Source: Marsupella aquatica
Taxonomy: Eukaryota; Plantae; Marchantiophyta
Length of the DNA stretch: 64,000 nt
Reading direction: 5' to 3'
Assembly (NCBI GenBank): GCA_973895155.1
Contig: OZ316894.1
Span: 7,774,234 to 7,838,233 of the forward strand
Shown here: piece after piece, positions 11,830 to 25,625 of the stretch
Layout of the letters: every line of letters starts with the position of its first letter
Position numbering within the stretch: position 1 is the stretch's first letter
Made by a program: the position numbers and the translations under genes
The notes under the pieces: model-generated
The model's input: only the letters and a program-made list of their open reading frames with translations
Told to the model about the DNA's origin: nothing
The model's database searches: none

Positions 11830-14136
11830 GTTAATTTCCAGGAGTCCAAAGTGGATGTAGGAGTCCCCAATCATAGTCATTTTTGTGTCTTGATAGCGTA
11901 ACCATGGTAGACTGTGCATAGTCCTTGATATTACCTACTCCTGCAGGGATTCTTAAAACTATACTAAATTGACTTCCGGCAAGGCTCATTCCCTAACTGA
12001 AAAATTGTGTTACTGCATGAACTCGAAGCCAATGCATTGTCATTCTAGTTATTAAAATGCTTGAAATACTTATTCCATTTTGCAAATTGTATCTGTGGTC
12101 TCCAAGATGGATTTTTTTGGACTGTTTTTCTGGTTTTATCGTAATAAATTTTTGCGGTAGGTGTGGACAGAGACAAAACATTCTGGAATTTGGACCATAA
12201 ATGAGTACATAATATGGGAGATATGTTAGAGTTCAATATGGTTTTGTTATGTCATCAGTCTAGTGGTTCTTTGGGATTGAGAGTTAAAGAAAAGGCATAG
12301 CCTAGATTGTTTGTGGCGTTTCCTGCATCAAAACATTTATTGTTAAGGAAAGCAATAGCCATGCTATGGTAGTAATATTGTTATTTTGATATTTTGTCAA
12401 TTAAAATATTGTCGACAACGAGTTGTAAAGGAGAAGGAAGTGGTTTGTTGAAAATTGTGTCTTGTGTTTTCCAACACATAAATCTTTTGCCATCAAGGTT
12501 TGCTTGATATTTTGCTTCATTAAAATCTATTGGAATCCTGAGAGCACGGCACATTACAATATAAAGTGGGTTGGACCATGTTGATGAATTCATATCTGGA
12601 CCTGATTTCATCTCGATGGCTTTTTCTTGAAGGGAGTTGAAAAAACTTGAGTCAAATGTTTCATTTCGAAGTGTTTTGCAAGTTGTCAATAGACAATTTC
12701 CTGCTTTTGTGTTATCTTGTCTTTTTTGCACAGTTAAAGTTCTAATCACATTTAGGGACATCCATAAGTTTCGTTCAAGATATGTGTCACTTGGGTCATA
12801 TGACGTCTTGTTCATGTGTCTTTGTAACTCACTTGCAAACCACATATTCAAGTTTACAACGTTTAGTGATTCTTTTGCATGAGCTCCATAGTACATTGGA
12901 TAGTCTTCTAGTTTTGATGTGACGATATGAAAGGAATGATACTTGTCTACAAAAACATAGATTTTTGACGCTTTCAGTGTGTTAAACCTTAGTCACCCTT
13001 TGTGATGTATTAGGTCCTCTGATGGTAATTTGGAATTGTCTACATGTGGTGATGGGCTTTGTATATGGAGTAGAGTAAAGCTACATCATCAGTTATCAGT
13101 GTTTTCCATCAGTCGACCTGATACCAGTCGCCACATCATCTCAGAGAGGCCGCCAATTTGAGGCGCCGAAAAAAAAATGCGACAAACAAATTTTGAATTT
13201 TTTTCTCAAAATTTGATGGAGAAAAAAAATGAAAAAAAAATTCCCACTATGGGTGTCCGTACTGTACGGATACCACATCTCGGCGAGGCCTGCCGAGATA
13301 GTCCGAGCCAAATTTTGTCAAAAAAAAAAATTGGGGGAATTTGGAATTTTTGTGGGGGGGGGGAATTTTTCAAAAATTCTTTTTTTTTGTTTTTTTGTCC
13401 TTACGCCAATCTCGGCGAGGCCAGCTGAGAATGAGACCACATCTGGGCGAGGCCGCCGAGATAGTCTGATGTTCGTACGGTACGGACGCCGAATTTTGTC
13501 AAATTTTTTGTTTGGAATTTATTTTTTTGTTGAATTTTTCAAAAGTTTTTTTTGTCCTTACGCCAATCTCGGCGAGGTCAGCTGAGATTGAGTCAATCTC
13601 AGCTGCCCCAGCTGAGATGCGCAAAAATGCGAAGGCCCTATCTCAGCTGCTCAGCTGAGATTCAAAAATTTCAAGACGACAAAACTGATAATTGATGATC
13701 CTCGTTACCCCATATGGAGTAGATATTAACACTGTTGCTCCACCTGTAAAAGCACAAGTTGCTAGAAAGTTGTCTATTGTGTTGACTAAAATGCCATAAT
13801 ATTGCAAGTAATTAATGATTGTGATTTTCTAGTCCTTGGAGCCTAGACAGCATGCGAGAAGTTGTTCTTGCATTTGGTAAGTTGAAGTTTTGTGAAAATG
13901 ATTGAGAACTAGTATCGCAAATTCAGCTTGTGTTTTTGTCAAATTCCACAAAGATATAGTTTCATATATTGTTGGAGGATTCTCAAGAATTTGCCAACTT
14001 GGTCATAACTTTGTTTTCTGGAATTGGGCATATATCAAATTAGAATCTGGTCTTGCTACAATTATGAGTAGATTATTAAGTTTTTCATGTACCTCTTTTT
14101 GCAAGTTTTCATCAGTATGACATTTTGCATTTATAT
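11830..14136 (-). pseudogene. Helitron PIF1-family helicase domain remnant, interrupted by the MITE at 13072-13711
   Basis: Ordered SF1/PIF1 motifs on the minus strand: decayed Walker A *APRTRKS (13822-13845, cf. GAPGTGKS), CAFTGGA (~13735-13760), LW..LTVQKRQ (ORF 12381-12896), GMAI..N (~12345), HAVT..GMSL (~11985-12020), VTLSR (~11890). Confidence 0.75.
13072..13711. mobile_element. Non-autonomous Mutator-like (MULE) TIR element
   Basis: Imperfect TIRs agagtaaagctacatcatcagttatcagt / actgataattgatgatcctcgttacccc. 9-bp TSD atatggagt at 13063-13071 and 13712-13720. Internal repeats atctcggcgagg..gagat. Related copy at 46017-46487. Confidence 0.8.
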
Positions 14137-15429
14137 TGTGGTATGGGTGTCCCTGCAATTTTTTTTGGAAACTTGTTTATTTTTAGCATATCTCAAGATT
14201 TACTTACACTTTAGACGCCTCCGGCCAACATTTACTTGTTCTGGACACTTATAGAAATATTTGACATCTCCGGCTTTCCTGACGATTCCTAGTGTACTTT
14301 GCCCGACGCTGTGACCAGCGTCCGTTTCTTTTACTCATGACGCTTTTGGCAGCGCCCGACCGCCACCAAGACTCTATGAGGATTTCACACGATGCTGTGA
14401 GTAGCGTCCACCCTAGTATTGACGTTGTGAGCAGCGTCCGTTGCTTCTACTCATGACGCTTCTAGCAGCGTCCGCTCGTCACTTAGACTTAGTTTTTGAA
14501 GTAGATTACTAGTAGAGTAGTATTTTGCCACCCTGGAAGTACTTATGTTGTACTTCTCCCTTGTTTAGTTTTAAGCTTGGAAAGGCACGACTGTTCTTGC
14601 CTCCTCCATTTTTGGATTCCAGCACTTATAAGACAGAGTAGAGTGATCATTTGAAGTAGAGAGAAATAGACTTAATACTGTATTCAGAATTGAGTCTTCT
14701 GAATAGTTTCCTCCTCCTTCCATTGTAACAAGGCATGTTGTGAGTGTTTTGTATGGAAGTAAAGCTGTATTGATTGAAGTTGAGATTGAATTCAAGAGAT
14801 TCCTGTGGTGATTGAATTTAGTTACAGATTTCTGAAATTCGTATTGAATTCACTGCTAGGCTTGCTTGCAGAGTCGGGATTCGCTAGCCAATTCAAGAAT
14901 AGTTAATGATAAATGAGAAGTAAATTCTGATTCTCAGAGTAGTCAGTACCGTTGCTTTGATTCTGGAATATGGTTTAGAGTTTGACTGAATTGCGCATCG
15001 CTGACGTCAAACCATGTTGACGGCATTTTAAATCATATCATTCATTTGCAACCAGAAAGCTTCTAGTTCATCAGATTGAGAATTTCATTATCATTAACCT
15101 TTGTGTTTTGAAGCGTGAGATTGATGAATTATGAGACAGATTTCATGTCTATACTGAGCCCAAATCCTTTCTGAAGGAGTGGCAGTAGCAGCTTGTAGTC
15201 TCTAAATCCTTACTCATTTCTTCTTTGATTCATAAATCAGAAGTTCAGTTACTTGGTTGTTTGTTTATTTGATTTTTCGTTGAAAAGTGAAGTCAGCATA
15301 GAGCTCAGGGCTCTAAATCACTCAGAGTGATCAAAGTTATACAATTCATTCTGAAATCTGTTCTTAAAGGGATCGAAACCCTGGTTTTAGGTGAGAAGAG
15401 TCACTTTTGATATTTAGCACTATACGACA
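14137..15429. mobile_element. Solo LTR (1293 bp, probably Ty3/gypsy)
   Basis: Termini tgtggtat..atacgaca. 5-bp TSD tatat at 14132-14136 and 15430-15434. Internal gacgct..agcgtc palindromic repeats at 14305-14475; no coding content. Confidence 0.75.
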
Positions 15430-15682
15430 TATATCATTTATGTCGTATTCAATTCGGTTGGCGTTGCATGTTGCTAGTCTATTTAATGTAGACTATCATC
15501 TGGATATTGTCAATTTTATTTCTTTCATAGAAGATTGTCCTTCAAGAATTGATGCACATGGGACAACATAGGTTCTAGTCTTTTCCTGATCCGCTAAAGT
15601 AAATCTGGATGAGAGATTTTGTAAACCTTCAATTACAAACTGTTGTTGCATACATATGCAGGACGTGTTAGATTAAGTCCTT

Positions 15683-18600
15683 TGTTAGAATACCATAGTT
15701 AAGTCACCAGGGTTACTTACCTAACCCTAGTTAGGAACCTTGTAACCCTTCATATCATATATATAAACATCACCCGAGGGAGAAGGTGTGATTCAGTTGG
15801 AGTTTATGTGCAACACGTTATCAGCACGCATTGACTCCCCAATATTGAGCAAGGCTATGAAAAATTGAATCTCAAAAACTATGGCGAATTGAGGGTACAA
15901 GTCGGAAAAAGTGAAGAATCGATAAGAGGAAGAAGAAGGAACTGAGGAATTAGAGGACCGAGGTCACATAAGAGTCACTCATCCAAACAATGTAGACTAC
16001 CAAATAAGGAGATATGAGAAGCCGCCTAGACCAGATCAAAGAACAATTGGAATAGATTGTTGAAGTCGCTCGATGACAGATTGTTGAAGTCGCTCAATGA
16101 CAGATTGTTGAAATAAGCTTGGAACATTACATTTTCAGGCAGGCGATCAGGACACTTTTGATCAAAAGGTTTCATGTGAGAAGATAAGGACAATCGAGAA
16201 TCAAGAGCAAGCAGCAGCAGCAGCATCGGGAGGCGCTGGCAAAGAGAATTGACGATCATACCCAAAAGCGACAGTACAGAGAGACGATAAGGCCAGAAAC
16301 TGAAAACCTGAACAAGCCCCAAAAGGAAGACAGGTCTTAGAAGACCTCTCTCAAACTACTTTACCGTGCTACTTTGAGTAACAAGTGATTGGATCGAGCG
16401 CATGCGGAAGAAAAATAGACAATCGAAGATTGAATGAGGGCGATCAAGAGAACTTATGGTGAACCTTTACTGAGATCGAACTTACTTACTAAAATAGACA
16501 GAGATCCCAAGGAGAACCGATTGCGAAAGGAAATTCACAAGGACAGAACTGAAATTGGAATCAGAAGACGAATCAAAGAATAACCATTGCAGCAAAACAG
16601 ATTAGAAGTACAGAAGTCCAATTGAAAGAGGAAGAAAGGAAACTCAAAAGAAAACAAAACAAAAGAAGGAGGAACAAGCACGCTGCGAAGAAAGGGAGCA
16701 TTGTCGAGGAGAGAATGAGGGAAGAAAGCGAGAATGTGAGGAACCAAGGAGGCAAAAACTCAACAAAGGGAACCAAAACAAGACTTATCCCGCTAAGTGC
16801 AACCCTCCTTAACCACAAAACCCATCAAACCAATTTTCGCATACAAAAGAAATGGTGCACTAAACCAGGGAAGCGCACATAATCGCAAACCAAAAACAAT
16901 TGCAAACCAAAAACAAAGAAAATTCCATTTACAAAACAACCTAGTGCAATTATCAAGTCTTGCATGGCATGTTCTCAAGGAAAGTTAATCCTTAGACCTT
17001 CTGTCTCCAAGACAATTCATGAAATGCCCAAATTCTTGGAACGAGTGCATGCAAACGTATGTGGCCCCATTGAACCACCAAGCGGACCAATTTGATTTTT
17101 CCTAGTCATAATTGACGCATCCTCAAAATGGACGCAAGTTTCGTTGCTTTCCACACGAAACATGGTTTTTCCAAGACTTTTAGCACACATCTTAAAACTA
17201 AAAGCCCAATTCCCTAAAAACCCTATCAAAACAATTAGGGTTGATAATGCAGGAAAATTTACTTCAAAAACATTTGAAGACTTCTGCATGGCTACAGTGA
17301 TATCTGACACCCAATACCCTGTACCTCACATCCATTTCCAAAATGGCATTGTTGAATCTGTCATTAAGAGAATACGAATGATAGCAAGACCCATGCTTAT
17401 GCAGACGTAGTTCCCCACAATTGCCTAGGGTTATGCTGTACTAAATGCAGCAGCTTTACTTAAATACCGCCCATCGGTGTATAACGACCAAACTCCACAC
17501 CACCTAGCCTTTGGAGTAGATCCTGACTTATCACATGTCAAAACTTTTGGTTGCCAAGTACTAGTCCCCATAATGGGACCCAAACGTACTAAGATGGGAC
17601 CTCAAAGACAAAAAGGCATATACGTTGGTTTTGAGTCACCATCCATAATCAGGTACTTAGAACCATCAACTGCCAATGTCTTTCAAGCAAGATTCCCAGA
17701 CTGCCATTTTTATGAGAACATTTTCCCCAAACTATTTGAAGGGAAACCACAATTTGAACGACCTCGTAACCTAGAATTACGAAGGCGGACTCAGTCCACT
17801 ATTTGGAACGATCCACGGACACGACAATGCAAAGAAGAAGTCTATAGGATATTACAACTGACAAAGACTATGGAGCAAATGCCAGGCGCATTTATAGACA
17901 TTGCGCAGGTGACCAGATCACATATCCCTGCCGCAAATGCTCCCGCACGTCTACAAGAATCCACACAACTGGCCATGGACCAACCACCAAGAGCAAAATG
18001 TGGACGTCCTTTGGGATCTAAAGATACCCAACCATGGCAAAGAAAAACAACAATAATATCACCTGCAATACCAGAAGTGATACCCACACCAAGTCTTGTG
18101 GAAATCCCAAAAAATGATTGAAGAAATCTCAATTCACTACATGAACACTGGGACCATCTGGAATAGAAATAATATTCCCATGGACAACAACTTTGTCTAC
18201 CATATTTCCCAAAATATCACGGAAACACAACCTGACCCTAAAACAATCAATGAGACACAAAAAAGCCCAGATTGGTCAGAATGGGAAAAGGCAATTAACT
18301 CAAAATTGGATTCATTGATTAAACATTAAGTGTTTGGACCTATTATCCCAGCACCAACAGATACCCACTTAACGGATTATAAATGGACATTCGTGAAAAA
18401 GAGAAACGCACAAGGCCAAGTTGCAAGATATAAAGCATGCCTTGTCACAAAAGGATACACATAAATACTTGGGTGTGACTTTGACCTGACATACGCACTA
18501 GTGATGGATGCAATAACCTATCGATAACTAGTTGGTTTTTCCCTAGGTCATCGATTAAAAATGCATCAGATGGATGTCATAACAACATATTTTTATGAAT

Positions 18601-20358
18601 TACTGGACACTATCACATACATGAAAGCACCCCCAGAATTAATAAAAAGACAAACATACCAAATTCAAGGGGAGCATAAGAAAAAGCAAAACCCATCCAC
18701 ATCCACATCTCTACCTTATACCACAAAAAGACTCCAGGAAGGGAAAGTGGGGCAAGGTGGATCTATAGTCTATCAGACACCATGGAGCGGACCTATTGTC
18801 CTCCCTAAGAGCGGACTTATTGTCCCTCCAATACATAAATCCATGCCTCTGGCCAAGGATGGATATGTTGTCCAGATCATGAGATCCTTATATGGACTAA
18901 AGCAAAGCAAAAGAATGGGGTATCAGAGATTTAGAGATGAAATGTTGAATATGGGTTTTACTAATGAAGATATTGCTCCTTGTTTATTCATTGAAACACA
19001 CAATGAATTTTTTTTAATAATCGCCATCTACGTAGATGACATCAACCTATTTGGACACCTGAACTTATTACAACACACCATTAAGATACTAAACCACGTA
19101 TTTGAGATGAAAGACTGTTTGGGCCTACAATTCAAACACCTATCTGATAGTATACTTTTACATCAGAGCATCTACACCACCAAAATCCTAAAACAATTCA
19201 ACATGGACAAGGCATATCCTCTAACTTCTCCTATGGAAGTACGATCTCTAGACAAAGACAAGGATGCATTCAGAAAGAGAAATGAAAATGATCCACTACT
19301 CGATCCTGAAAGACCATACTTATTAGCAATAGGAGCATTCATGTTTCTAGCCAACCAGACACGACCAGACATTTCCTTTGCAGTAAACCTACTAGCCAGA
19401 CACAGTGCACAACCTACCATATATACGCCATTGGAATGGCATAAAAAGAATAATGCGCTACCTTCAAAGAACTATTGATATGGGACTATATTTCCCTAAT
19501 AACACTAATAAGACCTTAATAGGCTACGCAGACGCTGGATATTTATCAGACCCAAATGACGTTAAATCATATCTGATTGGGTACGTATTTTTATATGGTA
19601 CTACAGCCATTTCGTGGAAAAGCACTAAACAAACACTAACATGCACTTCATCTAACCACACCGAGATTATTGCATTACATGAAGCTAGCGTAGAGTGTAT
19701 TTGGCTAAGAAGAGTAACCGACCATATTAATACAAACTGCGGCTTACCAGCACTAACCGAACTTACTACACTATTTGAAGATAATCAAGCATGTGTTAAA
19801 CAGGTCTCAAAAGGATTCATCAAAGGAGACCGCATCAAGCATATCGCAACAAAATTCTTCTTCACCCATGAACAATAAGGAGACACCATGCAAGTGAAGA
19901 CGATTGCGAGCAAAGACAACCATATATGCAGATTTATTCACAAAAGCCTTGACTCCAACACTACATACTATTCATTGTCAAGGCATAGGCTTACGCAGAC
20001 TATCAAAACTCAGAGATTAAAAAATAATACTTAACTCTAGATAACCATAAACTTTTGTACTCTTATTTGTAAAGGTGGTTGTACTCTTTCCATCGCATGA
20101 GTATGAGGGGGTTTTAATGAGGCAACACCTCCATAAGAACAAAGTACAAAACATAAGACTTTTGTTGGAGGACTTAATTAGTATAGAGTTGCTTGCATTA
20201 CTCCCATAATACAATCAAGGGGGAGTGTTAGAATACCATAATTAAGTCACCAGGGTTACTTACCTAACCCTAGTTAGGAACCTTGGAACCCTTCGTACCA
20301 TACATATAAACATCACCCGAGGGAGAAGGTGTGATTCAGTTGGAGTTTATATGCAACA
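15683..20358 (+). mobile_element. Ty1/copia LTR retrotransposon, Bianca-type, lacking gag and protease
   Basis: 133-bp LTRs at 15683-15815 and 20226-20358 (TG..CA, 6 differences). TSD tcctt at 15678-15682 and 20359-20363. PBS cgttatcagcacg (half tRNA-Ile type) at 15816. PPT caagggggag before the 3' LTR. Confidence 0.93.
16950..20015 (+). pseudogene. Disrupted copia pol (integrase, RT, RNase H) of the Bianca-type element
   Basis: CMACSQGK, VCGPIEPPSG, IRVDNAGKF, RTKMGPQRQKGIYVGFESPSII, HQMDV, SLYGLKQ, IYVDD, GYADAGYLSDP, IKGDRIKHIATKFFF; several stops and frameshifts. Confidence 0.92.
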
Positions 20359-20363
20359 TCCTT

Positions 20364-22825
20364 GAATTATTATGTCTGATTCAAGCTCTCAAAGTAAGTA
20401 CTAGGGGACTTCATTTGGATATAAATTCCAAATTATGGCTTTTTCATTTTCAATTTGGAATTTGGATTCGGCATGGTTCATAGTATTGGAAGATACACCC
20501 TCAACATATATTGTTTTTGCATCTTGTCATTTTATCATTTCTTTCAATGAAATGTCCAAAGTGTGGTTTATTGTTGGTATCCAAGGCTCAAAATTTTCTA
20601 GATAATCAAGAAGTGTATCCCACCACATTTTGGTTATGTCAGGTTTGGCACTCATACTGTTACTCCAAGGTTTGAAGATACTAATCATATATTTTGCAAA
20701 TAATTCTTGTTGTTCTTTTGTAGTCGTATTCAATATTTTGGGCTTTTGTGGATATTGACGCCCGACTTGACATATATATGGTATCATCATCTTGCCCATT
20801 CAAACTACTTGAGTAGATTTATGTAACTTGTGCAAATTTCTGAATCCAATTATCATGTGTGATGGGCGTCCTTTTGATTGCCCTATATCAGATTTATCTT
20901 TTTCATGTGTCTTGGATGCGCGCATCATCAGTTTTTAGATAATTGTTACATGTTAATTTATGTCTCTTATTTTCTTTTGGTTTACTTTTCTATTTTCCTC
21001 TTTTGTAAAAAGCCACAAACTCATATACGGTCATTTTATCTGAATCTGGAATTTGCAGTGTATATAATCATCTAAAAATGACACTAATGTTGATTGTGAA
21101 TTGGTGTCTTTGCTGTTAAAATTTCTTAATATCTGGAAATTTGGTGTGCTTTTTTCACCGAGCATGGTACATACGTATATGCCCATCCCGAGAATGGAAT
21201 AAATTTATGGGAACTGTAATGATCAGGAAAGTGTCCAATTTCCGTGCAACATTCATAGCCTGAAATCATAATTTCTCCACTTAAAGCATTCAAGCATATG
21301 TTCACCACTGTGCATGAAGCGAGATATTCATTTGTACTACTAACTATGATAGATAATATTGTTGTTTGTTAATGCTTGTTGTCTTTGTTTGCTTTCATTG
21401 ATGCTCGAAACAAAGCAATACATTCATATGTTGATAATGCTTTTTTGGTTTTCTGTGACCTTTGTTTGTCCTTCTCTACCTAATGGCATGTAATAGACTG
21501 TTGTATTAGTTCCCAATGCCAGTTTGATCCATTTTTTTATTGCAACCATGAATGGGTGGTCTCGAGGTAGTTTAACTTCTATACCATCAACAAACATTTT
21601 TTGTTACATTTTTCAAAATGTTCATCAAGGTCAATGATGATGTCCTTATTTAATGGTTGTGGATATGACATGAGACAGTCACCATCATTTCTAGCATGTC
21701 CATTTTTTGCACAAGTTGCACTGTGTTTATGTATTTTAGATCATGTATTATTGAATTAATCTTCTTGAAATATAATCCTCCGAACATTTTTGGTCGGATT
21801 GTGCATACAAAGGTAGTTTTTGCAAAGGATACATGCCCATGTAATGTTTGGCTCTTTCTATAAATTTGGGGTTAAAGTAAGGTATTTTTTCCTTCATCTA
21901 CTCTAGCTTTGAGATAGAAGTAGGTTTTTTTGTTTTCCAGTTGAAGAGGGTGGTATGATATCAAATTAAGAATTAGGTAGATCTTGTGTAATGCTGCAAG
22001 TACATATATTTTTTGTAAATATCTATGAAAACCGGATCATAGAACCGTTTTAATAGTTTGACTATGTTTAAACCTTTGACTTTGATCTGGCTGTGTGCAT
22101 GTGGTCCAGTTCCTTTTCCTGACACTTAACATATATGCTTGTACTCATCCAATTAGTCCTTTGTGGGTTGGCGTCCAATCATAAGTTTTGTAAGGTAATC
22201 TCAATAATGCGTCTAGAAATGCTTTCATGAAAATATTTTAAAAATCAGCTACCGCCATTGGGTTTTCAGCACAAATTTGCATACGTCTTGAAATATTTGG
22301 GGTGTTTTCAGGAATATCATAGCTTACAGGAATTCCTTGTTCTCCTGTTATTCGTAACACAACTTGGAAACTGCTTTCTTGCATATTCAGGTTATCCATA
22401 TATCAAAGGGACCAAAAAGAGGATACAAACTTGCCAAATTTTGTAGGCAATATCTACTGAGTCTTTGGGGCATTCCTCTCAAGTCTACTCTTGTTATTTG
22501 TAGTTGATTCAATAAAGATTGGATTCATGGATTCACTGACTGTTTTGCATGTATAGCTTCTAGTGCAGCTACAAAATCATCATCATTTATATCTGGTATA
22601 ATAGATGAATTTTCTTGAGTTACAGATACTTAGCCAGACTTATCATAAATTTTGTTGACAAAGTAAAACATTTTGAGCTTCGAGTGGAAAGCTATGATTT
22701 GTAGCGGCTTTTGTGTGTGGTTGTCTCATTATAGTTTCCAGATAAATTTCAATGGAAACATGTGAAGGTGGTGCACCAACGCCATGCATGAACATATTTG
22801 GATGATTATTCACAAAATACCATTC
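20364..22825 (-). pseudogene. Helitron Rep (HUH endonuclease) domain remnant
   Basis: Minus strand: GKGTGPHAH (HUH motif, ~22090-22122), HKHSATCAK..DCLMSYP (~21660-21735), PRDHPFMVA, LSGEIMISGYEC..PDHYSSHKF (21126-21308), FAKYMISIFKPW (20527-20799), PNMFMHGVG (~22780). Lies upstream of the helicase in the expected RepHel order. Confidence 0.7.
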
Positions 22826-25233
22826 TATTATAACCCCATAGTCTAGTTAGACTTGACCCTGGTTAAGTCACCCTAACCAGGGATGTACCTCATATCCCCA
22901 TATATATAGTTACCGGCAGGAATACCAACTGCCGAGTCATTCATTCCTCATTCTCTTCCAACACGTTATCAGAACGAGAGATTCACCAGGCTGAGCAGGA
23001 GAAGAAAATAAATAAATTTTAGGGATCATGGAGATTGCATGAGTGACATTGAAAATTAGAGAACCACAGTGAGCAATTTAGAAGCAAGGAAACCCCAAGT
23101 CATTCCACAAACCAAATACCAACAATCGAGACCTCAAATCCTCGCTGCACCTTCCAACTGAATACAAAAGAAGATTAATAAGGACACATCTAGTACTGGA
23201 TCGAATGCAGAAGAGCAGCAAGGAGATAAGGACACAGGAACACAAAGAGATGGCAGATTAATCAGTACAAACAGGGGAGATTGGACCGAAATTGAAAGCA
23301 GATTGACATTGAAGACCCCAGGGAAATGAAGACCTGAAAGAGAGACAACCTGAAGAAAACCGTCACAAAGAAGAAGTCAAGAACCCAGTCTAAGCAATAA
23401 GACCCAGGATTCAAATTGACTCTGGAAGACGGAAGCAATTGTGAATTGAATTGGAGGATCATTTAGCACAAGAAAATTCCAACCAGCACCCAGGCACCAT
23501 GTTAAGGTCTCAAACCTGAAATCCCTGACAGACACAAGAAAGGAAGAGAAAAGGATAAGGCCCACGAAACCCTGGGATCGCTGCACCGAGCAATCAGACT
23601 AAAATCCAAAAGAAGAAACACAATCTAGCACCATAGATGCACGAACCGGTTCCAGACTTGAAGAACAGCAGTCGAAGAAATTGAAAGAAATCCCCAGCCA
23701 AAACGATTGACAGTGCAAAGCATAAGGACAGCAATAAACCAAAGAACTCCAGGGATAGCACTAAGAGAAAGGAGACAGTAGATTGCAAATTGATCCTGAA
23801 GAGAAGTGATCGATTGAAGCAAACAGAAGAGAGCCCCTCAAGAACTTAAGGAAAAGATCAGGAGAGAAAGCGAATCATCGAAGAAAAAATAAAATTCTAT
23901 TGGCTCCTGAGGCTATTTACAAAGGAGCGAGAAGAAAATTCGAGCACTATTTGTAAGTAAGTGATAGCAGCGATTCAGGTTTGTGTATGCGTGGCCGATC
24001 CGTGGCTCCTGTGATGAAGTACAATAAATCCAGTGGACAAAGCACATCGATCTATTGAGAAAGGGAATTGAATTGAGTCAAAGAAGCCTCAAACAATTGA
24101 AGGAGGCCCATAATGACACAACAAGAGCATCGAGAAGAAGCAAGGGATCAAGCCGAGGACGAAAGGGTGCAACTGCCCACACCAATCGCACAACATTGCA
24201 GCCCAAAATATCAAAGAAAACACGATAAGAACCTCATCTTGCACTTAAATTTCCTAACTGCAATTCTATACAAAACAAATCTGAATTACAAAGCATCTTG
24301 TGCACTTAAAGAGGGACCATGTAAATAAAGCCTGCTAAGTGCAAGCCTTGCTTAACTGCACAACGATACAAAGAGCACCAGAACTACACGGGACTTTGTA
24401 CACTTACAGAATAACAAAGAAAATCCCAAAGATAAGTGCAAACCCTAAAAATCATCTTTTCTACACAACACAAAAAGGCGCACAGCTCTGCATGCCCTCT
24501 CAACTCAGACCTCCTCCACATAAATGTGCATTGTGGATTTTATCTATACATACTACTAACCCCCGTAACCGTAAACCCTAGAAAACCTGTAAACCATAGG
24601 AAACCCTAGAAACCCTAGGAAAAATATATTGCTAACCTAGAAAAGCTTCAGTTTCCTGCCCTAGATCTTGACGGTAGTAACTACCTAGCTTGGTGGCTAG
24701 ACCTAAAAGCAAACCTCATCGCAAAGTCACTACTTCCTTCCATCGAGCCACCAACAACCCCTCCACTCCTCACTCCTGCGGCGCTAGCCCAAGCTCTAGT
24801 ATTCATGCGTAGGCATCTGCATACGTACTTGCAAATGCAATACTTACACCTGGACTCACCCCACGAACTGTGGCAAGCACTATTAACACGCTTTGACCAT
24901 CAGAAATTAGTGGCGCTACCGCGGGCACGCCAAGAATGGCTAAACCTGCGAGTGCAAGATTTCACCAGCGTAGCAGCGTATATCAATGATCTCTTTAGAA
25001 TCACATCAACGCTCACACTGTGCGGCTCGCCCGTAACGGATAGTGACTTACTAGGAAAGACTTTATCCACATTACACTCCTCAAACCTAGTATTGGCAAC
25101 GCAATACCGGGATATGAAATTCACTCAATATTCCAAGCTAATATCACACCTCCTAGTTGTTGAGAAACAGCAAGAATTGCTATTGCAAAACTCAAGGAAG
25201 CGGCCCCCAGGCATGTTGGCTAGCCCAAGTCAA
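22826..25233 (+). mobile_element. 3'-truncated Bianca-type copia (5' LTR, PBS, long leader, gag only)
   Basis: LTR 22826-22963 (ta..caaca, with a TATA-like run). PBS cgttatcagaacg at 22964. Purine-rich leader, then gag; no pol or 3' LTR. Confidence 0.85.
24628..25233 (+). pseudogene. Bianca-type gag, start codon ATT instead of ATG, truncated
   Basis: Open frame (I)ANLEKLQFPALDLDGSNYLAWW..ELWQALLTRFDHQK..EWLNLRVQDFTSVAAY..KTLSTLHSSNLVLATQYR, in frame with ORF 24805-25260. Confidence 0.85.
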
Positions 25234-25625
25234 CCAAAATTTGTAGGCAATATCTCCTGAGTCTTTGGGGCATTCCTCTCAAGTCTACTCTTGTTATTTG
25301 TAGTTGATTCAATAAAGATTGGATTCATGGATTCACTGACTGTTTTGCATGTATAGCTTCTAGTGCAGCTGCAAAATCATCATCATTTATATCTGGTATA
25401 ATAGATGAATTTTCTTGAGTTACAGATACTTAGCCAGACTTGTCATAAAGTTTGTTGACAAAGTAAAACATTTTGAGCGTTGAGTGGAAAGCTATGATTT
25501 GTAGCGGCTTTTGTATGTGGTTGTCTCATTATAGTTTCCAGATAAATTTCAATGGAAACATGTGAAGGTGGTGCACCAACGCCATGCATGAACATATTTG
25601 GATGATTATTCACAAAATACCATTC

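Larger units (their letters stand above)
22434..25625. repeat. 392-bp direct duplication (22434-22825 and 25234-25625) flanking a truncated retroelement
   Basis: Copies are offset by exactly 2800 bp with about 8 differences; both end in cacaaaataccattc. Confidence 0.92.

Noticed and set aside
13177-13585. Phe/Lys-rich ORFs (also 46150-46436)
   Set aside because: They arise from A/T homopolymer runs in the MITE.
24573-24620. Interstitial telomere repeat (aaaccctag copies)
   Set aside because: Only a few imperfect telo-box-like motifs in the retroelement leader, not an array.
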